Shown here: piece by piece, positions 35,634 through 48,047 of the stretch
How positions within the stretch are numbered: the stretch's first letter is position 1
Layout of the letters: each line of letters opens with the position of its first letter
NCBI GenBank assembly: GCA_043228905.1
Contig: JBHGNT010000012.1
Span: 5,828,001 to 5,892,000, forward strand
DNA length: 64,000 bases
Reading direction: 5' to 3'
Origin: Azolla caroliniana
Taxonomy: Eukaryota; Plantae; Polypodiophyta
Program-made: the position numbers and the translations under genes
The notes under the pieces: generated by a model
Databases searched by the model: none
Told to the model about the DNA's origin: nothing
What the model saw: only the letters and a program-made list of their open reading frames with translations

Positions 35634-38000
35634 ATGACCAAAACAATGCTGTCCCGAAGTGTAAGACAAGGCTGTCCACTTGCACCATATCTATTTCTGT
35701 TTTTTGCTGAAGCAATGAGTTTGTTTTTGACTGCTGAAGATGTTGGATTAAAAGGAATAGCAATGCCCATTGATGGGACAAATGTGGTTGATGTAGAATT
35801 TGCTGATGACACAAGTTTGTATCTGGATTGTCACAATAATAATCTGCAGAAAATGTACACAGCAATGCAAACATTTTGTATAGCTGCAGGTGCAACAATT
35901 AATTGGAATAAATCAGTGGGTTTTTGGGTGTCGTCCGATTCCACAACTCCACAATGGAGTCCTCATCCAGATTTCAGATGGGTTCCCGAGGGCACTTCAG
36001 TTAGATATTTGGGATGTCAAGTAGGGTTGAATATTTCTTCAGAAATTCAGGTTGCTTCTTTGTTATTGAAAATTAGGAAAAAACTTATGTTTTGGAGTAA
36101 AGCTAAACTATCATTTGCGGGTAGAGTGATAGTCGTTAATCATGTTTTGTTGTCTAGTCTCTGGTATATTATGTCATGTTGGAGTTTTTCGAGATCATGT
36201 ATGGGACAATTGCAAAGATTGATTCGAAATTATTTGTGGTCTGGTAATGATGGAAGCCATGCTAGGGCAAAAGTCTCTTGGTCCACAATTGTTAAGCCAT
36301 TGGATCAAGGAGGATTAGGGATTGTGGATCCATTACAACAATCGAAAGCTTTAATGGCAAAATTGGTGATTCGAGGATTATTGCCAGGATCGGAACCTTG
36401 GAAACAATTGTTGTTTTATGAATTGCAAAGGTTTTGTCCCAAGACGGGTGGAGATTGGACGCCTAGTGCTAGATGGGCTTTTATGGAACATAATAAATTG
36501 GCTATTGCTACAAATTGGGAAGATAGATTTGCTCGATGTGTTCTTAAAGCATGGAAAGATATTTCTCGTGATTTAGTTAAGACATTGCCAAAAACAGAAT
36601 CTGAATTCTGTAGGCAACCGCTGATTTGGAATTCATGGTTGACTGACCTAAGAGGACAAATGTTGGGAAAGCGTACTAAATGTGCATGGGCAGAATTAGA
36701 TCGTGGGCCAGCACAGTCTATAGGTGCATGGATAACTTTTTTGTCTAAATCTATAGATCAGCAAATGCTATTAATTAGTAATATAAGGGGTGGGAAGATA
36801 ATGTATTCTGCGATCCAGAATGCCCTTGTTAATGTTCACATGCAAATTGGATATACTACACACAAGTGGATGGGTTTATTTACTCCATTGGATGTTTTAA
36901 TTGGAGTGAAAGCCTATATTGGGGAACAAGAATGCATGACTTTTGATGTACAGGATGATGGTAGGTTAATCTGTACATCTATGGAACATGATTTGTTTAG
37001 TTTTTGTTTACATAAAGAAGTGAGGGTGATTGCAAATGATGGATCAAATTGGGTATTAGACCCGGATCCTCAAAAGGTGAATTGTTTGTGGAGGATTTGG
37101 ATTTTGGAAAGGAGATCAATATCTACACTAACTTGGGATCCTGGAGAACTGTATTGGAAGGTGAGGATGCAAGATAACATCAAATATGTGCCGTTTTTTC
37201 AGTATTCTGTGAGGATTGGTAGGAAAGTATTAGCTGCTAGATCATGGAAAGAACCAACTGCAAATATTGTTTGGAGACGAAATGAACTTTCTCCACAACA
37301 TCTTAAACAATTTTGGAAATGGTTATGGGGTATAAAGATGAGTAGGAAAATTGTTGGTTTTCGATGGTTGTTGGTTCATAATGCTATACCAGTTAATGGG
37401 TGGCGAAAAGGAAATGTAGACAAGATGTGTCCTTTTTGTACAGATGTAATAGAGACTGCTAAACATTGTTTGTGGAGTTGTGGTTTTGCTATGGATATAT
37501 GGAAACAAATTATAAAATTTTTAATTCCAATATATCCTAGAGCAGTGTACACATGGGGTGCAGTATTATGGGCAGCGGTACATGATAAACCGATGGAATA
37601 TGAACATGAGGAGGTTGCGGATGCTATTATGGTGAGGCATGGTATGATGGAAAAAATTTTGATCCCTCCGAATCCACAAATACAAACTGATAAACCTCAA
37701 ATATGGCAATTGGTAAGCAGTATTACAATTTGGTATATTTGGAAGGCTCGATGTTTGAAGGTATTTCAAAATATGACTGAAAGACCTGCTCAAATAATCT
37801 CCGGAATTTGGATAGAGATTGTACATAATCTTAGAGGGATTTTGGATGGTATAAAAGGTAATACGCATCAAGCGGAGCTTAGGCGGGTGGAGTTTCATGC
37901 CATTTGGGACATAGGTATATTTTATAGACGGTATTTTGGTAAGGTGGAGTGGTTCTACTCAACACCAAAGTGCTTATTCAAGCCAATGGTTAGACTTTAG
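35634..38000 (+). CDS. LINE ORF2 C-terminal part (RT domains 4-7 and zf-RVT CCHC finger)
   Basis: VRQGCPLAP, EFADD, RYLG, CPFC...ETAKHCLWSC, IWKARC; the first ATG comes from the TSD. Confidence 0.88.
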   Translation: MTKTMLSRSVRQGCPLAPYLFLFFAEAMSLFLTAEDVGLKGIAMPIDGTNVVDVEFADDTSLYLDCHNNNLQKMYTAMQTFCIAAGATINWNKSVGFWVSSDSTTPQWSPHPDFRWVPEGTSVRYLGCQVGLNISSEIQVASLLLKIRKKLMFWSKAKLSFAGRVIVVNHVLLSSLWYIMSCWSFSRSCMGQLQRLIRNYLWSGNDGSHARAKVSWSTIVKPLDQGGLGIVDPLQQSKALMAKLVIRGLLPGSEPWKQLLFYELQRFCPKTGGDWTPSARWAFMEHNKLAIATNWEDRFARCVLKAWKDISRDLVKTLPKTESEFCRQPLIWNSWLTDLRGQMLGKRTKCAWAELDRGPAQSIGAWITFLSKSIDQQMLLISNIRGGKIMYSAIQNALVNVHMQIGYTTHKWMGLFTPLDVLIGVKAYIGEQECMTFDVQDDGRLICTSMEHDLFSFCLHKEVRVIANDGSNWVLDPDPQKVNCLWRIWILERRSISTLTWDPGELYWKVRMQDNIKYVPFFQYSVRIGRKVLAARSWKEPTANIVWRRNELSPQHLKQFWKWLWGIKMSRKIVGFRWLLVHNAIPVNGWRKGNVDKMCPFCTDVIETAKHCLWSCGFAMDIWKQIIKFLIPIYPRAVYTWGAVLWAAVHDKPMEYEHEEVADAIMVRHGMMEKILIPPNPQIQTDKPQIWQLVSSITIWYIWKARCLKVFQNMTERPAQIISGIWIEIVHNLRGILDGIKGNTHQAELRRVEFHAIWDIGIFYRRYFGKVEWFYSTPKCLFKPMVRL

Positions 38001-38090
38001 AAAAATATAGGGGATCGGTATAGCTTGTATGTTTAGCCTTATGGCGGTTTTCTAATACTAATGTAGTATCTTTTTTTTTTTGGAAAAAAA
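35646..38090 (+). mobile_element. 5'-truncated L1-like LINE, recent
   Basis: 19-bp TSD AAAAGTTATGACCAAAACA (35627-35645 and 38091-38109), 3' A-tail, uninterrupted ORF2 fragment. Confidence 0.93.
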
Positions 38091-38329
38091 AAAAGTTATG
38101 ACCAAAACATTAACTAGTCATTGTAAATATTTGTAAATATCCTTAGTGTCATATTTGTCTTGTACTCTACTTAACTAGTTTTATGCATGTTGTGCAATAG
38201 AAGTATTTACAACATAACAACGTCACTTTAGTGATGCATTTCAATATGGAAATGTCCCAAAAATTATGCATGCATCGTACAATGACGCAGTTTAGCAAAA
38301 AACGGGCGTCACAAACACCCCCATTTTGT

Positions 38330-41300
38330 TGTAGTGAAAGGGGCAAGATATTTGGTCAATTACTTGCTTGAACTTTACAAACTTTTTCTAAAGCTTTAAC
38401 TATTGCGCCATGTCCTCTTTTTATCTTTCTATTGGCCTTTGGATTATATGGTGTTGTTAATGACAACCAAACACCAATTTTCTCAAAGAACTCTTAGCTT
38501 TCATTAGAGTTGAGCTCTCCTCTATGAAGTACTAATTTCCCCACACGTCCATATATTCAACTATTTTGTCTAAAATAAACTCACGTACAATTGATGTGGT
38601 CTTCGACTTTAATGCTCTGCCCTCCAGATGATTTGTGAGGTTTTTTCTTTTGCTAGCATTAAGTACTTATTCTTGTCAGCATAGCCACAAGATCCACCAT
38701 CCACTTGTAATGTGTACGCGGCGAATAGGTCGAGTGTATCTTATCTTTATGTTTGATATTCGAATAAAATTAATAAGTTAGGCAAGTCTTGACGTATTTC
38801 TTCATGTAATTGTAGAACCCAAACCACCAATATTTTTCTTTTGCTTTAATAAATGTTGCCCAAAAATCTTCAACGTACTTCTGACATATTTCCACATTCT
38901 TCCTTCATATTTTGAATAATTGCATTTTTTTTTGTCGGAGCTAAGATTCTTCCATATGGCCCATGTATACATCCCATTACTAGCGTCTCTTGAACATCGA
39001 ATACTGATTTTGGATTGGACACTATCAATTAGAAATCTTCTAATCTTGTTAGCATTCTTTCACAATCCTTTATGTGATCAATGGCAAACTTCTAGCAATC
39101 GGTCCTATCTAGCTCTTCGTCTTTAACTTTTTCCTCACAATCTTTAATCGGTATATCATCTTAAATATGCATAGTTATGCGAGGAATAAAATATTTGAGT
39201 ATATTGTGCATAACGTTCCTCTTATGTGCCACTAGGTTGGTCACACATTCATAGTAGTTCTATTGGAGTCTTGATAGAGGTGATGCCTCAACTCCAACCC
39301 CATGCTAGATTTGGTCGTCTCTTGAGTAAACATCACCCATCTAGTATTTGGCTCTTCCAATGAACATTTATGCAAATCCATCTATTATGAGGCCCACACT
39401 ATTTAGATGGTAACTCAATTTACTAGTTGCATATGTTGGATAAATTTGAGTTGCTTGTCCTTTTAGAATGTGAACAATTGGCTCCAATAAGAGGCGTTGG
39501 AGGGCTCCAAGATGCACATTCTCATTTTCTCTTTTAGGAGTTAATAAATTGTGGGATCCTTGCTTTTGAAACAAGAATTGGTTTTAGATTACAATGGATG
39601 TGTGGAATCGTAAAGATGACCATCAGTTCCATACACCTGATTTCTTCAAGAAGGGAGGTGAATGCTTTCCCATGTCTTTCTTCCTTGACATGTGATAAAA
39701 AGTCACCCCTCCAATATTCAACTCCTTGATTGTTTCTAGTACGAGCTTGTGGCTAATTTTTGCTAGGTCCCAAATCTTCCACTCCATTGTCTTGCATTTC
39801 GTATTAACCTGAACATCTTTACCCACAAAAAAATATTTGATGGCGTTAAAGTATCTCAATCAAATTTGCATGAATGTTTCTATTCTTCTTCAACCTTTAG
39901 AAACTCCAAAACTTCTAAAATATTTTCAAAACTAAACTCCTCAAATACATTTAATATACATTCATAATCTTCAACCACATCTCTACTCCGTAAATCATTT
40001 ACTAACTTATTCGTATCGGTAATCACTATAGTAGCACCACTAGTTGATGTTGCACACACATCTTCTAACCTTGGGGTTTTGATTGTTGTTTGGATCATCA
40101 GAACCCCTTCCTATAGAGGCCCCTTCTAGAAACCCTAAAGAAAGTCTTTAGATTCTTGTATTGGATGATTGTAAAGTGCTCTTTATTTCTCGCATGGTTC
40201 AATCGAACTGCAAGGAATTGTGTTGGTCTTTTTCCATATTGGCGTCTGATCCACGTGAATGTAGTCCCATCCTCTAACACCTTTGTCTCTGTCTTATTGC
40301 AATGATGTAGGGCTAATCCAAAATGATTGGCTAAAAAAACTTCCCTTGAATAAATAAATTCTGATCTATAGAAACATCCACTACAATTATTTTCATGTTG
40401 GCGCATGCTCAATAGGGATCTTTAGTTGCGTATGTTGTTACCCAGACTTTCCATCTAACAATCGGCAATGGTTCGGTTTGAACCGAACTGAACCGTGAAA
40501 CCACGGTTTAACGGCTTAACGGTTTCAACGGTTCGGTTCATGTTTAGGTTTTTATTAACGGTTTGGTTCGGTTTCAATAGTCAAAAACCGTAGTTTAAAC
40601 GGTTTTTTACTTTTTTAAAATTTTAAAAATTGTTTTTAAACAATCTTTTCATTTTTAGATCTTATTCTCACATTTTAGGAACATCTTTAAAAAAATTTAA
40701 ATTTTAAAAAATGAAATATTATAAATTTTAAAAAATTAAAAATTTGACCTATGTTGAAAACCGAAACCGAACACGAAAGCGCGGTTTTTACGGTTTAATG
40801 GTTTAACGGTTTCGTGGTTTTGTTCGGTTTGGTTCAAGTTTCAAAATTTTTAACGGTTTGGTTTGAACCCTCTCAAACCGAACCAACCGTTGCCGATTGT
40901 TATTTCCATCCATGGTTTTTCTCGGTAGGACACTTCCCACGATTGTAAAATTCAAATGAAACGATATTAATTTTGGAGCAATGGTTGATCACTACAATAC
41001 ATGATTCCATCTCTTCCCTAATTTTGATCAGGGCCTTTGTTGTTGACCTAGTCCTATGAGCACGCGTGTAGTGGTTTTGTCTTCATTGTCATTAAAATAT
41101 TTATTTGCACCCCTTACTCTAGCTAATAATGCAACTTCCTCATCCATATCTTCTTGGATTTTAACTATATTAACTCAATGACATCCTGTTTCATCCGCCA
41201 CTTACCTCTTTCTTCAGGTCACATCAATTATAATCTTATGAAACTCTTTCTTCCTGATTCCTAACAATTTCTTGGGGCCAAGCTTGTTTTGCTTTCACTT

Positions 41301-42140
41301 TTCTTCTGCAATGGTTTTCTTTGTTTACCTTTTTTTTGCTCCCTAGTTTCTAATATTTGAGAAGGGCCTGCTTCATTCCTTATTTTTCTCTTCTCTTCTA
41401 CTTGAACTTCATGGGCGTTCACCTCAACAAATTTTGCGAACACCATTAATGTGCCTGTTGCTAGATTGAATCTCATTGCCAGTCTTCTTTAAGTCCTCTA
41501 GACGGATCTTTCTTTTACTTGCAATATCAATCACCTCATTCCAAAATCTAGTACTAGTATGAGGATCACCTTAACCTAGATGTTGCAGAGTAGTAAATTG
41601 TGTATATTTTCTTGGATTCAATGTCCGCTATAACTTTTTCATTATGTTTTTCCCAAAATTGGTCACAAAAGAATCTTCCCATCTTGATAGAAGATCATAT
41701 TTCCATGGAGAGCTTCTTGATGACTCTTGCAATCCCTATTGCGATTATTAGTGTTATTACACCATATGCATTGGTGAGTGAAGTTTTCTTTTTGGCTTTC
41801 ATTAGGCTTTTGTTGACTCAAGTTTTTTGCTTTCTTTAACATGGCGAACCTCATATGCAAATCCTTCATCCCTTTTATTAGCTCTTCAATTGGTGATTCT
41901 AATTGTTTTCCGTTTTTTACTCTTTCTCAAGCAATCAATTCTTGTGTTGGATGATCTCTCGCAATAATCTTCTTCAACCTACCCACATTGTTCTCCATTC
42001 ACAATACCCTTTAGTATACAACAACCCTCTATGACCTTGACCCAATTGGACACAAGCCCAATGATATAAAGAACCTCCTATTAAAGTTTTCAGAGCCAAC
42101 TTGTTGATGTAAGAAATCTCACAAGTAGTCAAATGCGATA
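38330..42140 (-). mobile_element. Highly decayed Phygy-like gypsy remnant
   Basis: Fragments such as CIWCNN...DCKSHQEALHGNMIFY (gag knuckle), EVQVEEKRK and NHLEGRALK (integrase), colinear with Gypsy-1. Confidence 0.7.
40456..40902. mobile_element. hAT-type MITE, copy 2 (inverted relative to copy 1)
   Basis: Same TIRs; perfect 8-bp TSD TTTCCATC (40448-40455 and 40903-40910). Confidence 0.9.
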
Positions 42141-43586
42141 ATCATTTTTCTGAATTTGGTCAAGAAGAGTGTGTGACCCAGGGGTTTCCATTCCTTGCAT
42201 GAAACACACCAATAATATGATTGTAGATGTTAGTCCCAACTACTATATCAAGCTCAATGTCCTCCATCGATACCCACATCGCTATGGAGATCAATCATGC
42301 CTAATTTGGATCATTAACGTTTGTCTTTATTGTAGTGCCATTATCATCTTGTTCGCCATTGTATGAGGGAGGGTACATGAAAAACAACCCCATTAAGAAA
42401 ATATAGTCAAAGTCCTCTAGAAATTATAGTAAAATGACAACATTTGACATTACCCAATTTCACTTGGCTCCAACAACTCAACAACAATGGGGCAGGTGCA
42501 AGTTCGAGATATACCTCCATTTTGGTTCTATCTTGATACATGCATAAGATTTGCTTGATTCTAGAGCGTCTTCCTACTTCATCAACATTGCCTTTGATGG
42601 ATTTTAGTAATAAACTCTAATTGAAAGTAAGGAAACTTCTACACACATTTCTTTGTATAACATGTATAGAACAAGGAGTGTGACCATCATCATACGCTAT
42701 TGAAAGCACGCCATATGTTTCATAGTTTTTATGATCAAGAAATCAGGAGCACATTTTTGTCATTCAAAATGATTGCCTAGATTCATGCTCATATACCTAT
42801 TGAATAACCCCGTTACATAACTATTTGTTAAATTTCCTCAACAAATATGACATTAGGTACATAGTATAGTATGATGCAATAAACTCTTTATTTGTAAATG
42901 TAGAGAACGACAATCATGTCGACCCGAATGATATAATTGAAGGAGATTTCGACCACTTTCAAATGAGTTGCATCAATACTTTGACATCATCTCTAGTTTG
43001 ATAATGAGTACAACAAGACGTAGATGGGATATCCATGCCACTATGCATTTAACGTGTGCTCGAGAGTTAATTAATGAAGGCTAGAAATAGACCAATAAAA
43101 CATTCGTGCACATGTAACATGTGCATCCACCTTCTACCTACGATAGAGGGCATGAATATGTCTTGGTTCACTACTCTTCCAATGATTTGATGTTTGTACC
43201 ATATGGGGTGCACGTAAACTTCTTGTTAGGATGATTGGCCTTGATTGGGGGATTCAGTTCGCGTGGGAGAATCAGTCTTCTAGCCTTTTTATTCTTGCTA
43301 GGTCAAATAATAACGATTCCATGCATATGAACCATATGATCTGGGGATCCACTAGTTATCGATGGCATTGATTCGAAATACTGATAAGGGCATCGTAAGG
43401 TTGGGATGGGGTGATTCATTCACCATGATCAGTATATGCATGGATCCTCTACGATGTGAGTGGCCAAGCACGAGACATGAGAAAAGTGATGAACAAGGGA
43501 TTTAACGAGAGGAGGATAAAGAATGCAAGGATCAAGTAGCGATCGACTGACTGAGCGATCGAAGGTCTCCAAACTCTCGGAACCCC

Positions 43587-43720
43587 ATGACCATGACCAT
43601 CACCCTTGACTATCCACCATGATCCATACCATCATCCTTGACCATCCACCATGATCCATACCATCACCCTTGACCATGGCCCATGACCCATGACCCAGAC
43701 CATGACCATGACCATCAAAA
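43587..43720. repeat. (CATGAC/CCATGAC)n simple repeat
   Basis: Seen directly; a matching array lies at 50265-50380. Confidence 0.85.
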
Positions 43721-45509
43721 ACACCATCATCGACGTGTCTAAATACCTCCAAAAATTGAAGAGGGAAAGTGAGTGAATCGTGGAGAGGGATGGTGCAGGT
43801 CGCTCAGCCAAGGGCACGTGCAATCTGCACCGTCCGATGTGGGAAAAAAATGCGTGAAGAAATCGTCACTTATTGGGGAACCCGACTAGGAGCCTCGTTG
43901 TCTGACAACCTCTGTCACTAGGAGCCCGACTCTATCAAAAGGAACCCCGCTACCTGACAACCTCTGTCATTAGGAGCCTGACTCTGTCAAAAGGAGCCCC
44001 ACTCATTAATCAAGAGTCGGGCTAGGAGCCCCACTCATAATTAATGAGCATTGACTATAAAAACCCTGAATCACTCATTTTGAACCTATTTTGAAAAGAG
44101 AGTTTTAGGTTATTTGGAGGGAAGAATCAGAGAGGAGCACCACTTTCCACCAAAATCCGAGAGGAGCACAATTTCTGCCAACAAACACTTTCCAACCACC
44201 TACATTCAATCTGCAAAAAGAAGACAATAATAGGTATGTATTTTCATGGTTATTTTTATTTTTTACATCGTTTAGGGGTTTTTTTCATTTACATTTGATC
44301 ACATGGTTTCATATTCTAACATGGTGAGAGACTTAGTTGTTCCATTTTTCAAATGTATCATATAAATGCATTGTTATAATTTCACCATCAATATGAAGAA
44401 ATGTTGAATTAGAAACAACATTTTTGTATTTTCTTTCAACCCATTTTCATTGTTTTCCACCAAACGAAACTAAGCTCAAAGCAACACAAAATATGTTTGC
44501 TCAAACATTGATTATCACCAATACTTAGTTACAACACAAGGTATGATTATCTTGAACACTTATGTATTCATGTTTACATACGTAGGAATGCAATTATTTC
44601 GAGCACACTGATGTGGATACACATCATAGGTTTGTTATTTTCCTATTGGATGATGACAATGATAAAATTATGTAGTAGAGATTAGTTAAGCATTGTAGGC
44701 ATAGATACAATGACCATGAGGACATGCCATTATAGCCAATGAATAACATATATGTATGTGTGCTTGCATATTCTAAATATTTGAATTCTTCCACTTGATC
44801 TGTCGAAATATGGAAATCATGTTTGAATATGGAACCATTTGTTTCTCATATGCCATATTCTAAATGTTTGAATTCTTCCACTCTATATCGGCATCTTATT
44901 AAGAGGACTAGGTTCTCAAATATGGTTTTAGACATACAATAGGCGTTGTAATCAAAGTAGGATTTGAAAATTGATATATTTCAAACATTTTAATATGCAA
45001 TGTATTTGAATCACCATGAATAACATGTTTGTGTGGTGTCTCTGATTTCATGGGCTTCTTTTGTATCCCTTTTTCTTTTTGCTTCTCATATGCCATATTC
45101 GAAATGCTATTGGAGACACCTTGCGTGTTCCACATTTCTCCATTGAATATTTCATATGTTATTATATATGGACTTGTTTCCACCAATTATTTAGCTATAT
45201 TAATACAAAATTGTTACATGCATATGACGATTTCTTAGTGTGCTTGGATTGTGAAATTTGAACTTGAATGGAATGGACATATTGGCGGTTATTGAAAATG
45301 GCATGTGGTTTGTACAGATGGCTAGTCAGTCCAAGACCTTCATAGACTTCGATGCGGATTGGGGTGAAACAATACCCTATGAAGGGAGGTATGGCTTGAA
45401 TCATTTCTCAACTATATATTGTGTATAAATAGTGATGTTTTTGTGTTAACTTGAATGATGGTTTAAGGTTTTTGTAAGAAAGGGCGCTAGGTGCCCCAAA
45501 TCCAACGAT

Positions 45510-46904
45510 ATGGATAGAGAAAACATCATTACTGAAAAGCCTATGAATGACTCAAACATGGATACGAACCCCATACACGACATGGGGCCATTTGTTGAAG
45601 ATGTCAAACTAAATGGTGAGTTGATGTACATTCTTGTAATCATTATTGAAGAAAGTATATATTGGGTTTTTCTAATGCAAATGTCATGCCAATGTTGTAG
45701 TGGACCCTATGTACCTCTTCAAATGTGGAAGAGACTCAACAAGTATCAAATGTCGCACATGTATCGTTGGAGATTCATGTAGAAAAGAGGCATGATGGTT
45801 TCGTAAGAAAGCTGAGACGGAGGCTCACTTACAGAAGGCACATGGCATTTGTGTAATATTGCCTCGGGGGTTGCCTCGGGGGTTGAAGATATAGGAAGAA
45901 GAGCAATTGACCTCCATGAAGAGCACAACCACCTCATTCTTTAGCAACTACGAAAGACTGCGATCGATAAGGCGTTTTTTGGATCCGAAGCTAAAGTACA
46001 ATAGATCATGCCAATCGTACATGAGGAAGTTGTAAGAGCGATTAAAATCTTCAAAGCCACTTCGGACACACTTCGAACATCCAACAAGGCTGATTTCATT
46101 GCCCAATTCATCAGCCAAGAGATGGCCATGTATGACGGGGGGAACAGATGGAAATTTTGAAGTTGAAGATATTGGTTGTATCTGAATCTTATGTAAGTAT
46201 GGTAAATGATTATGTATGCATCTTATGTGAGTCTAAATCTAGTGTGAATCTTATGTGTGAATCTTATGTATGAATTTCAGTGTAAGAATCATGGGTTTCC
46301 CATGCCAGAAGATGTGGCAAATGTAGAGACTGATGTTAGTTGGGACCAATTATCAGAATTGAAAATCTAACAACCAAGGAGGCCGAAAATCTAAATTCGC
46401 AAGGCTAAAGTGGACCCATCCAAATTGCAGGACATTACATCATCTGACACAGATGAGTGTGAGGACATTGGGATTGTCTTTGTTGGTCCTGGGACAATCA
46501 CGAAAACATGGGATAACACAACAAGAAATAAGTTCACTAGGTATGTGGTTATGGTGGGGGCATGAGATCAAGAGTTAACTTCATGGTTTTTTTATACTTG
46601 CTAATCTAGCCTAATAAACAGGTTTCAGGTGGCTTGCCGAAGACTAGATCTAGCAGTCTTTTTGACTAAGGTAGAACTATGTTCGTTGTGCACTGTAGGG
46701 GAGATGGCATCCACGTGGACAATGGCCCTCTTTCACTTATGGATGGAGTACTCGCTACCCCTTGAGATCAACGCGCGGTTTCATATTGTTGATCCATTAT
46801 GGGTACAACTAGTAGAGCAAAGTGATAAGGTAGAAAACATACTCACTTGGGTCCCTGAACAGGAATATGTTTTCATTCCAATCATTTGGAGTTGTACTTT
46901 GTAA
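45510..46904 (+). pseudogene. Decayed spliced gene with a C2H2-like zinc finger and a Ulp1 (peptidase C48)-like fragment
   Basis: CIVGDSC...WF...AHLQKAHG at about 45760-45845; FHIVDPLW...EYVFIPII at about 46780-46890; GT/AG intron signals; internal stops. Confidence 0.45.
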
Positions 46905-48047
46905 CATCAAATATATGATCTCGATGTACTATCTAATGCAGTTACCAACCTTTTTTGTATATTCTGGAACCAAGGCTGCCAACCTTTTTGTATTTTGGAA
47001 TCAAGGCGACCAACCTTTTTTGTATATTCTTGGCCATATCAATATGGTTAATTTTGTAACATCAAATAAATATTTGAATCTCATTTTGGTTGTATATGAC
47101 TCAATGTGAATCTTATTCAATGTGGAATGCCATGAGTTGATGAGTTTGAGATAATGGATTAAGCCTTCTATTTTTTACGCTTTTAGATTCATACCTATAT
47201 AAACTGTGTATGCAATGCTTTAGTAAAAGCTTGTTTCTTGGTTGGGGGTCTTCTTGGTTGCATACACCCTAGTAAGTCAATAATGAAGAATATAGGCTAT
47301 GTGAACACTGCACTAAGGTACACAAAGTAATCTACAATAATGTTATATGGGGAGTTGAAGATTATGTTCAAAATCCTCAAAAATCAAGTAACGGTATATA
47401 TCACTTGGAAGCTTAACTAATTTCAACATTCCAATTTTTCCAATGAGGAGCCCGACTCATTAATGAGGAGCCTGGCTCATATCAAAAGAGGGAGCCCAAC
47501 TGATTAATGGGGAGCCCGACTCATATCAAAGAAGGGAGCCCAACTCATTAATAGGTAGGTGCCCAACTACGTGAAATAATGGCGTTGCAACGATCATACT
47601 AACGATCACACTAAATTGATTCACCAAAGTCACTAGCATGCACTAAGAGGTGAACTCATTCACTAAGAGCTGAAATCATTCACTTCATTCACAGTCTATT
47701 AACCACTCGCACTGATTTCATTCACCGTAGTGATTAATCAAACCACATAAATCATTCACGAACAAGTGGCATTCTCGAGCATTCACTAAGAGCTGAAATC
47801 ATTCTCGAAGTGTTGAAATTATTCTTGAACTAAATCATTGAAGAAACTGAAATCATCCACTTCATTCATGTGCATTATCGATCACATTGAATTCATTTGA
47901 ACTTCAATAATTGGCATTCATTTGAATTCATTCACTTTATTCATTGGCATAATCGACACATTCACTTCATTCACCTCAATCACTGGCATTCTCGATCACA
48001 TTGTATTCGCTCACTTCAATCACCATAGTAATCGACCACAACCATCT

